Assembly: GCF_000400465.1 (NCBI RefSeq)
Contig: NW_008806297.1
Coordinates: 60,524-92,523, forward strand
DNA: 32,000 nucleotides
DNA from: Wallemia ichthyophaga EXF-994
Lineage: Eukaryota; Fungi; Basidiomycota
Direction of reading: 5' to 3'
The position numbers and the translations under genes were made by a program. Below are positions 1-8,877 of this stretch, piece by piece (within the stretch, counting starts at the first letter, position 1; every line of letters starts with the position of its first letter). The notes under the pieces were generated by a model, which saw nothing but the letters and a program-made list of their open reading frames with translations, made no database searches and was not told where the DNA came from.

Positions 1-180
1 AACAACCAACTCAACCCGCGTGAGTCGGACGAGCTGGATCGGTTCATATCAACCCACCCCAATCTCACTACTAAGGATATCAACACCCTTTCGAAAATAC
101 TCAAACTCCCGCCGCAAGCAACCCTCGAAGCCCATAGAGCAGTGAAGCAGATCGATAGCGATAGCAAGAGGCAAGAGTAG
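1..180 (+). CDS. 3' end of an unidentified protein entering from the left edge
   Basis: Frame +1 is open from base 1 to TAG at 178-180 (NNQLNPRESDELDRFISTHPNLTTKDINTLSKILKLPPQATLEAHRAVKQIDSDSKRQE*). It has protein-like composition and converges on the next gene. No family recognised. Confidence 0.55.
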   Translation, partial: NNQLNPRESDELDRFISTHPNLTTKDINTLSKILKLPPQATLEAHRAVKQIDSDSKRQE

Positions 181-232
181 ACGATAATTTATGAATGACG
201 TTATTTGCATTGGTATATCATGGTAGTCCATG

Positions 233-298
233 TGATAGTTATAGTTACAGTGTTTGTGATATTTATAGTGATAGTGTCAGTGGTAGTGTCAGACAGTG
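233..298. repeat. Degenerate hexamer array (GATAGT/TATAGT/GTCAGT-like units)
   Basis: Read directly: gatagt tatagt tacagt gtttgt gatatt tatagt gatagt gtcagt ggtagt gtcaga, lying between two convergent stop codons. Confidence 0.6.
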
Positions 299-300
299 TC

Positions 301-2110
301 TTATACTACCTCCATCCAACCCAGCTCCACACATCTAAATAGAGCGTCTTTGTTGAACTGCGCTGCATTGTAACCCACTATTTCTGCCCAGTTGATGGGC
401 ATCTTCTCGCGCTTTTTGCTTGCCTTCCACTTACCCGCATCCTTGACTCCCTGCCAGAGAAGAAATACGCGTCCTGTTATTTCGGGCGTTGGTCGAATTG
501 CAAGCGATGCAGCTGGTTCGTAGAAGTCTGGTGTTGTGTGTTTAGTGGATGCGGTTGAGTATGACTGTGTCTCACCTTGGGGTAGGAATCTAAAAGCGAT
601 GTGTGGATATCTAAGTAAATGTGGGCTGTTGTGTGTTAGAGTGTGTGTTTAATAAAGGCTTCTCCCCACGCACACTATATCAGCCATGAAGCTGGTTCTC
701 ACCAGCGGATTAATCTGGAATTGCTCATTGAGTATCTTGTCCAATCTAGTCGCAAAGTCTTTTGTAGGGACGAGAACGCCGTTGTAGTCCACCAGATCTG
801 GATTCGCAGGGTCGAATGGTGTCTTGTCATCCGGCGACAGACGTGCAGTGCCAGGTTCAGGACTGTAATTGAGATTGAGTTTTGAATGAGAGGAACACAC
901 AACCCCACTCACACAGCCTCCCAAGACAATCCAGCAGTCTTGCTTCCGCTAACCACATCCTCAACTACGCCTCCAGGTCCAACACGCAGGAAAAACCCAA
1001 CTGTCTGCTTCCCGTTCTCTTTCTTGATTTCCGAGGTGGGCCATGTCGACACACACTTCCACGAGCTGGCGAGGCAAATCTCCAAAGTCAGGAACTGCTC
1101 TATGGGCGAGAAGAGCTGTATGAATGGCTTGCTGGAACAGGAGCGCATTTGAACTGTCTTGACTTGACCACTAGCGCTTGTAAGGTTGGAGAAGTTGAGG
1201 CCTGGTTGGATGTGAGATTGTCTTGGTTATTGGGTGTGTATGAAAATTTTACACACCCGACTCTATCTCTTTCCCGTGGAAGTTAATCCTGCCTTCCGCA
1301 TCTGTCTTTGATTTGATAGTGAGCTGGCCCAGGAAATTACCGGCGATGGTCTGTCCACCCTGGCTTTGCGACCAGTCCATGTTAACCTGCGGGGTGAGTA
1401 GGGCAGCTTGTGCGTGTACGGACACACCTCCGGTAAAGCCTTTGTGTTCAATCTGAACATTTTCCCTTTGGCATTCTCAACAGTGATACCGATCTGAGTC
1501 CGCGGTCAGCCACTCAACAGTCTCTCCACGGCCAACTCCACTCACAGGCACAGGCTCGGGAGGCGGCGGTGGTGCTTCTATCCGACAGAAGCGGGGAGTC
1601 AATCGATCGCGCAGAGCAGACAGACACCACTTACTCTCCTCGGCGACGTGCGTATCTTTAGTAGCATAGACCTGGATCTCGGTGCGCAAAACGCTCTGTG
1701 TCGGCTGTCAGTGGGGGTGTCACGGAGAAGCCTCAGTCGAACCTTGCCCATTTTCACTACCTGATACACAGCGTCGTCGCCCAGTATGATAAGGTCGCCC
1801 TGCGCCGTGTTTGCGAGGTACCCGGGCGCCTCTTTCTTCTGCACGTGGCTAAGATACGAGTGGATTGTTCGGAGCGGGCTCACCTTTACGCCCAATCTGA
1901 AAACAAGGTTGTTGGGTATACACCATCGCTCTCCCGCCGATGCCATCGCTTCCTGTGGGCCGTTAGTCGTTCTCCTGTGTTTGGCGCATAGCCCACTGAG
2001 AGGGTGTTCGGGAGGGCGCAGGCGAGGTCTCTGCCACTCGCGCTGACGATCAGGATGCCGGGTGCTGGCTGTGGCTGTGGCTGTGATCCTGAAGGCATCA
2101 TCGTCGGCAT
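301..2110 (-). CDS. Multi-exon protein: degenerate ubiquitin-like domain fused to a 'KPVIYL...YLFWE...EWGG'-type C-terminal domain; 5' end uncertain
   Basis: Hand-spliced GT-AG introns at 1953-1996, 1696-1742, 1494-1545, 1387-1427, 1202-1256, 863-912, 626-673 and 528-575 keep one frame open to TAA at 301-303. The product includes IGITVENAKGKMFRL...RINFHGKEIESG (ubiquitin-like), KPFIQLFSP, LSWEA, PHIAFRFLPQ, FYEPAASLAIRPTPEITGRVFLLW and LFRCVELGWME. Family assignment is from recalled motif similarity. Confidence 0.6.
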
Positions 2111-2419
2111 GGGCTGGAATTGGTAGTTAAGCACTGCCAATCACACAGTTAACGTCAGCTGGGCGCTTCTCAGAGGCTACAACGCACTCAGTTAGGCGAT
2201 ATCGAGTGTGATGATACAATTTGGTGTGATTGCGCGGAAACATCATGTCTGATGCTACACGTTGAGGTCTTTGCAGGGATTACAAGCATTGCAAACAGCC
2301 AATGACCTTGCCAACAAGTACTTTATATTTTATTCAATTTATTTTTTCCCAATTTTTATATTTTACATGGTCCGATTTACCATTACCGAATCTCTGATCA
2401 ATATCTTATCAATCCAGCC

Positions 2420-3274
2420 ATGAACCCCGCGGAAATTGACAAGACACCAGCGTCAAAGCTCCTCAAATCGGGCACTCAGATAGCGCACGATCTAGTGGCC
2501 GAGTCACCAACGGCGATGAGGCTGCTCAGTGCACAGATGCCTTTCTCCACGTTTGTTAAATACACAATATGGCTTCATGAGCTGTACGACACGCTCGAGA
2601 CGTCGATACAGAAGCTCAGTAGCGATCCACACCTGTCACCGCTGAGCAGATTAGACGTGCTAGCCCGAGCACCGGCTTTGAAGGGCGACCTGACAAACCT
2701 GCTATCGCCCTCGATGAGAGAGAGAGTTCTCTTGAAAGGGGATGTGAGTTGGCGCGACCATCCTTTTGCGAAAGCGGTCCTGTGTCAGCTTCCTAGCAGT
2801 CTCGAGAACTATCGAGAGCGGATCAGGACAGCTAGCGGGCTGCAGCTCGCTGGACACGCCTATGTGCGATACTTGGGCGATCTAAGTGGTGGTCAGATCA
2901 TACAGAGGAAGCTGGGTAAGGCGTACAAGCTGGAGGAGCTCGACGCGAAGCAGTTCTATGATTTCCCCCCGCTCGATCCTGCTCAAGAATACCCAGCTAA
3001 CGCGGCTCAAGTGAAGAAGATCAAAAGCTGGTTCAGAAGATCACTCGACATAATCGCGCAGTCGGTGGAAGAGAAGACGATACTGATCGATGAAGCTAGC
3101 AAGTCATTCATATTCAACAGCGACTTGTTTATCGACTTGGAGAAGCATACAGTGGTAGCACCGGAACTGAACCAGTCAGGTAAGGAGCCAGTGGAAGAAT
3201 CAATCAGAATGAGCTATGTTAGAGTACTGGTTGCGTTATTACTGCTTGTTGTCATCGGATACTGGGTATTGTAA
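2420..3274 (+). CDS. HMX1: Heme oxygenase with C-terminal membrane anchor (284 aa, intronless)
   Basis: Heme oxygenase signature HAYVRYLGDLSGGQII, proximal His motif LKSGTQIAHD, and a hydrophobic C-terminal tail (VLVALLLLVVIGYWVL). Confidence 0.92.
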   Translation: MNPAEIDKTPASKLLKSGTQIAHDLVAESPTAMRLLSAQMPFSTFVKYTIWLHELYDTLETSIQKLSSDPHLSPLSRLDVLARAPALKGDLTNLLSPSMRERVLLKGDVSWRDHPFAKAVLCQLPSSLENYRERIRTASGLQLAGHAYVRYLGDLSGGQIIQRKLGKAYKLEELDAKQFYDFPPLDPAQEYPANAAQVKKIKSWFRRSLDIIAQSVEEKTILIDEASKSFIFNSDLFIDLEKHTVVAPELNQSGKEPVEESIRMSYVRVLVALLLLVVIGYWVL

Positions 3275-3468
3275 AGTAAATTGTGTTTTGTCTGCGTTTA
3301 CCTTTTTCACTTTGCACACTCACTACGATGGATATTTCAGTGCGGCGCTGGGATGGCGAGATAGTACCAGCATTAAGGAGGAGTGGGTTCAGCGGCTATT
3401 CCCGCGTGCGTCTCTGATATCAGCCAATTGCAGGACTTGAGTCAGAGAGCACTGAGATTACGCGGAGG

Positions 3469-4788
3469 ATGTCGGCGCATAATGATAGTGCTACAGGGCC
3501 ACTGAGCCAGTACAATGAGCATTACGGTCAGCATGAGCAGCACAGCGAGCAGTATCAATACCACGATGATCAGTATCACCAACACAATCTTCCTAACCTC
3601 CCAACCCCCAAATCCAAAGCGAAAGTGAAGCAAAGTCGAAGCAGGGACAACTTCGCGTTTGTAGAGCCCCTGCCTGCATCACTGTTGCATGAGAAGATGC
3701 CAGATGGTACAGCTTCAGATGACAGCAGCGAGGAGGACGCCTTGATTCACTCTACAGACGCACACATAAAGTTCCCCCAACAAATTCGACAGCCTGGCGG
3801 GAATGTACTCACCAAGAGCAATATACCTAGAATGGTGAGACCTCGCGCTAATACCAACTTGACAATGATGCATCAACGACATCGAAGCGACGATGACGAA
3901 ATGATGGAGATAGCTAAAATGGGTCACACAAGCTATTTGAATGAGAATGCGGAGGGTATTTATGGTGGGTACGAGCGCGGCTATGATGGTGGATATCAAC
4001 GTGGATCCGATGGTGGACATGAGCCTGGACATGATGGCAAAGATACACAGGAAAATGAATCAACTCGCGGTGAGAAAGCAATTAATAGCTCACAAGGTAG
4101 TAGAGCGCAGGGTGGTCGTAGTCACAGCTCATTTGGAATGTATGATAGCCACAACAAGCCAAAAAAGAAGATAAAAAAGAGAATGCCTGTGAAAGGACGA
4201 GCATCTGAGCCATACAGACCACAAAGACCACCAACGCCTGAGACAGTTGTGGATTTAGCGCCTTGGAGTGTACCACCGTCAACATCAACGAGCTTACCAC
4301 CAGGAAAGAGTTGGGATGATGTAGTTGTGCCTACTCTGGCTCGCAAGATGGAAATGGAAAGAAATCGCGATGATATTGAGAGAAAGGCAGATAATAGAGT
4401 GAGCAAGGATGATATTGAGTTGGATACGATACAAGATCACCGCAATTCACAAGTCACACAAGATGAAGGCGTTAATGAGCTCACAAGTCAATCAACGCGA
4501 CCAGAAGACATAGCTGAAATGGCATTGCCGAAAAGTGAAACACTAACACCGCACCAAAAGGAAATGTCAAAGACACCGTCACAAGACTCACATGGGGATA
4601 TGGCTAAAAGCATGGCTAAGAGCTCAATGCAGCAGCCAACGCAGCAGCCAATGCAACCGACAACTAAACAACCGACGCAACAGTCACCACCACTGCAAAA
4701 AAACAATCAACCAGAGCAACGAGAGCAACGAGTGGAGAAGAAGGTGACAAATAAGCCAAAGACGAGCAAGTGCTGTGTAATAATGTAA
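3469..4788 (+). CDS. Hypothetical low-complexity protein with C-terminal CaaX box (439 aa)
   Basis: Long uninterrupted ORF rich in Q/S/D/H/P. It ends KPKTSKCCVIM*, a polybasic stretch plus CC-aaX prenylation/palmitoylation signal. Internal motif SWDDVVVPTLARKME. Confidence 0.8.
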   Translation: MSAHNDSATGPLSQYNEHYGQHEQHSEQYQYHDDQYHQHNLPNLPTPKSKAKVKQSRSRDNFAFVEPLPASLLHEKMPDGTASDDSSEEDALIHSTDAHIKFPQQIRQPGGNVLTKSNIPRMVRPRANTNLTMMHQRHRSDDDEMMEIAKMGHTSYLNENAEGIYGGYERGYDGGYQRGSDGGHEPGHDGKDTQENESTRGEKAINSSQGSRAQGGRSHSSFGMYDSHNKPKKKIKKRMPVKGRASEPYRPQRPPTPETVVDLAPWSVPPSTSTSLPPGKSWDDVVVPTLARKMEMERNRDDIERKADNRVSKDDIELDTIQDHRNSQVTQDEGVNELTSQSTRPEDIAEMALPKSETLTPHQKEMSKTPSQDSHGDMAKSMAKSSMQQPTQQPMQPTTKQPTQQSPPLQKNNQPEQREQRVEKKVTNKPKTSKCCVIM

Positions 4789-4823
4789 AACGATATATAA
4801 ATTTTATACCTTTCAAATAGTTC

Positions 4824-6235
4824 ATGGACCACATCGACCAAGGTGACATGGCAGATCTCAGTGAGACGAATGGGCTAGGATTACCGATAAGGAAAAAGAG
4901 GAATTTTAAAAATCTGCAGCTGTCAGTGGAAGAGAAGAAATCGATACCCAAGGAGAAGGAGAAAGCTAAAGGGGAAGAGAGGTTGAAGGAGGACAAGGGA
5001 GAATTGCAGCAGGCGCATTCACAGCAGTCGCAGCAACCACATCCAATGCCACCGCCTCAACGCAAAAACAGACCACCGCCTCTACAGCCAGCATCGACGA
5101 ATACGCCAATGTATCAATCACCAGAGGACGATCTCAGTGAGAGAATAGCGTTGCTCGATCCAACTGGTCAGAAGGAAATAAGGGGTGATGAACTCAAAGT
5201 TCTTGATGAGCTGGGTTCTGGAAATGGTGGTACAGTGTCGAAAGTTGTCCACGAGCCTAGCAACACGACGATGGCGAAGAAGACAATCCTCATTGAAAGC
5301 CAATCACCAATTCGCAGACAAATACTGCGCGAGTTACAAATACTGCATCACTGTCATTCTGACTACATAATTGAATTCTACGGTGCGTATTTAGAGGGAC
5401 CGCACATATGTATGTGTATGGAATATATGGATAGAGGGTGGGGAATATATACAGAAAACACAAAGAACGCATCTAATACACCCAAAACAGCTCCCTTGAT
5501 CGCATTATACGCAAACATGGACCAGTATCATACGATGTTTTTGGTCAAATCGCTTTGAGTGTCCTGCGCGGGTTGACATATCTGTATGATGTGCATAGGA
5601 TCATCCACAGAGACGTTAAACCGTCAAACATACTAATAAACTCAAAGGGACAGATAAAATTATGTGATTTTGGCGTTAGCGGGGAGCTTATCAACTCGAT
5701 AGCAGATACCTTTGTAGGTACATCAACCTACATGTCTCCGGAGCGTATCCAGGGCGCACAATATACCGTCAAGTCAGATGTGTGGAGTTTAGGAATTACC
5801 ATGATAGAGATAGCGCTTGGTAGATTCCCATTTGCAGATGTGGAAGAGGAAGAGAGTGAGGAGGAGGGTAGAGAGGATGATCTGACGCTGAATGCCAACT
5901 CAACGCTGAGTCCATCGAATGCTACAAGGCCTAGGGCTTCTTCAAGAGCAGGAACTACTATAGGAGTTACTCAAGGTGTTGCTATGAAGCAGTCGGTGAA
6001 AACACACGCGCCCAAGAAGAAGACAAAGGGGGTAATGTCGATACTTGATCTATTGCAATTTATAGTAAATGAGGATCCACCTAGGCTCACAAAGTTTGGG
6101 AAAAACGCACAAGATTTCGTCGACAAGTGCCTGATTAAGGATGTTAAATTACGACCAACACCAAAACAACTGCTCGAACAGAATTTAATCCAAGAAGCTT
6201 TAAAGAAGGAAATTAAATTAAATGAAATATTATAA
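4824..6235 (+). CDS. STE7: MAP kinase kinase, Ste7/Fuz7 (MEK1/2) type, ~452 aa, one intron 5438-5490
   Basis: N-terminal docking motif RKKRNFKNLQL; GSGNGGTV P-loop; splicing restores MEYMDRG|SLDRI; HRDVKPSN, DFGVSGELINSIADTFVGTSTYMSPE, DVWSLG. Confidence 0.95.
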
Positions 6236-7840
6236 ATTAATTAATCTAAATGATTTCAATAGCGTGCGGCTTGAGAATGGTGAATTGGTGGTAGATCATG
6301 TTCCCTTTGAGATGGTCGATAGTGGCAGGGGCGATGGTGACAGGCAGAGATACGTCGAGAATGGCGGTACCATCACTAAAGCCACGCCTGTCCAACTCAA
6401 GCGCTCGATTTCCACCCAGCAATCAACACTACGTCAGCGACAGGATCAGCTTGCAAAAGAGAAGGAGAGCAAGAAAGCTGTATTGTTAGATACACCTCCT
6501 GCAACAGGAAGGAATGGCAAAGGAGGTAAAAGCATAGTGGGGATGGGAATGGGTGTCAAGAAACTACCTCAACCTAAGCCTGCTTCTATTCCAACAACCT
6601 CAGCAGCTTCAACAACCTCAACAACCTCAACAACCTCAACAAACACAGAAGCTAACCCTCCAACGCCATCCACACATCCGGATAAACTGGTTGAGTTGAA
6701 AACACGCGTCGTTCAACTCCTTGCGCTGAGATCAATGGAAGCGGGGGAGGTAGTTAGCAAGTTAGACGCACATCCTCAAGACATCCAATACCTGCTCAGC
6801 CAAGTAGCCTACTCGCAGAAAACAATGCAGACATCCACCCCACTCTTTCACATCAAACATGAATTGTGGAATGATGTACGGGTGGACGACTGGAGTGAGT
6901 ACTCAGATTCAGAGAAACAGCAAGTGGCGGCAGCCGTGAGGCGCAAGACGGGCAAAATTAGTCAATGTATTGCTAGCACTGTTGCTCCGAGTAAGGACAA
7001 GGAGAGGGACAAGGAGAAAGACAAAGATGGCAAGAAAGCTGCACCTGCAAAAACAAGACAAAACCTTCTGCGTGCGTCTCAAGGAAAGAAGGTTAGCAGG
7101 TCACCGTCACCCGCCAATTCCAAGGCGATGCTTAATTCTAAGGATGCATCGTCTAGCGGTAAGGATAAGGAGAAAGACAAGGAGAAAGGCAAGGATGTAG
7201 ACAAGGAAAAAGATAAGGGTAAGGAAAAGGACAAGGAGAAAGATAAGGATAAGGACAAGGACAAGGAGAAAGAAAAAGACACACAGTCATCAAATGGCTC
7301 AAGGAGTCCGAGTGTGCTCTCCGCGCACTCATCTTCAGCTGCTAGCAAGGATAGTGCAAAGAGAAAGCGCCAAGATGAAGCAGCGGAGGCAGCAAAAAAT
7401 GTTACAGCCACTCAAACCAAGACAACAACCTCAAAGCGAATGAAGAAGGGTGAGTGAGGGTGGTTGATTTTAAGTGGTAAAGATGACTAACGATATCCCC
7501 AGATGAAAGTGCTACTCGATCGAAACAACGAAGCAAGATAGATTACACGTCGTCAGAAGATTCAGCAACACCACCGCCACCAAAACCCAAGATGAAAGGG
7601 GTTGACAAGAGGCTGAACAATGATGAGAATTACAAACAACTATATCAGCAGTACCTGTCAGCAATGAACACGTTACAAACACAACATGCACTATATAAAG
7701 GGGAGTACGAAGGAACACATGACTTACCTACAATGTTACTGGGTGAAGGAGCAATACAGGCTTTAGTTATTGGAGTGAATGAAATGCACAAGCAACTAAA
7801 TGAGATACGTCGTAAAGATATGCAAAGAAATGGAGAATAA
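6222..7840 (+). CDS. ELL1: RNA polymerase II elongation factor ELL-like, one intron 7450-7502; start at 6222 or 6312
   Basis: LKTRVVQLLALRSM...LLSQVA...VDDWSEYSDSEKQQV matches the ELL winged-helix region (human RVIHLLALK...ILQQVA...RDWPGYSE). A GTGAGT...ACTAAC...CAG intron joins it in frame to a helical C-terminal exon (NYKQLYQQYLSAMNTLQ), the expected position of the occludin/ELL domain. Confidence 0.8.
7159..7280 (+). repeat. Coding hexanucleotide-like repeat giving an alternating K-D/K-E tract
   Basis: aaggat/aaggac/aaggag/aaagac units encoding KDKEKDKEKGKDVDKEKDKGKEKDKEKDKDKDKDKEKEKD. Confidence 0.85.
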
Positions 7841-7921
7841 AGATTATACCAAATTCAAGATGAATAGTTTGAATAGTTTACAACAGTGATTACTGGGTAC
7901 ATATTTACAAATATATACACG

Positions 7922-8779
7922 TTAGATGCTAACTAAATGTTCAATGTCAGTTGGTGAGTTGTGTGATAGATTAGATTCAGTGAGACCTATGCATATGTCA
8001 GGGAGGTCATCAAGATGAGAATTTTCTTGAGGTTTTGTGGGTAATTGGACGAGCATCGAGAGGCTAATTGTAGGGTTAGAGACGTTGTTTTTTATGGGAG
8101 GAGGGAGTGATTTGACGGGATTTTCGAGTTGCAGTCTGCGCTGTCTTTCATCCTCTTGACGTTGACGTGAGAGATCCGCGAGGGCTTGAAGACGTTGTCT
8201 GCGCTCGTATTGGTCGTCTCTGCCTCTGTAAATTGGGGGCCAGAATCTGGATCTCGGTTTAGAGAAAAGGGCGAGACGAGCAGCGGCGCTTAGCCAGCCG
8301 GGGCTGGGATTATTTTCATCGTTAGAGTTGTCAGAAGATTGTAAAATATGAGTCATGGATTGCGGGACCGAGATTGTCGCAGCGAAAGGTCTTTGATAAT
8401 CGACATTTGAGCGAGAGTCTTTATCAATAAAAACCTCAAACAACTCGGGTTTATTGCCTAAATTGTTTATATTTGACATTTCAGTGGAGTTGTTGGGATG
8501 ATCAGTGTGATTGGTGAAGAAAGGGAAAATGCGGGGTTGATCGGTGGGTAAACCAAGGTGGAGTGCTCTTCTACGTAAATACCAAGTGCGTAAAATTAAA
8601 CCAGAGGAAACAGCCAATAAGATGGCAATAACGATCAAGAAAATGATGATGAATAGTTGATGGGTCTGTTGTGTTTTGAATTTTTAAATATTATTAAAAT
8701 TAAAATAAATACTCACAGTTTGACCATCATCATTATTCTCATGTCCATTTGTATGTTGCCTTGCAAGTAATTCCATCAT
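7922..8779 (-). CDS. Single-pass membrane protein, basidiomycete-type hypothetical (~268 aa), intron 8666-8716
   Basis: ATG at 8779. A GTGAGT...CAG intron joins MMELLARQHTNGHENNDDGQT to THQLFIIIFLIVIAILLAVSSGLILRTWYLRRR (TM helix followed by a basic stop-transfer). C-terminal motif LSMLVQLP...LPDICIGLTE. Confidence 0.75.
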
Positions 8780-8800
8780 CTCATTGTTCAATTCAAACCA

Positions 8801-8850
8801 TTAAATATAACCAAATATAATTAAATATAATTAAATATTATTGAATATTA
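8801..8850. repeat. 10-bp-period AT tandem repeat in the divergent promoter
   Basis: ttaaatataa ccaaatataa ttaaatataa ttaaatatta ttgaatatta: five units between ATGs at 8779(-) and 8878(+). Confidence 0.8.
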
Positions 8851-8877
8851 TAAACATTATTCAGTAAACACGAGAAC

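Noticed and set aside
49-231. 60-aa minus-strand ORF
   Set aside because: It is the antisense shadow of the open + strand frame 1-180, which reads as a more natural protein end.
3469-6235. Mating-type locus (CaaX 'pheromone' next to a MAPKK)
   Set aside because: The CaaX ORF is 439 aa with no short repeated pheromone units. There is no STE3 receptor, homeodomain or HMG gene in the window.
6140-6262. Spliced MAPKK-ELL fusion using the acceptor-like TTTCAATAG near 6260
   Set aside because: No plausible GT/GC donor lies within intron range upstream, and the kinase domain ends normally.
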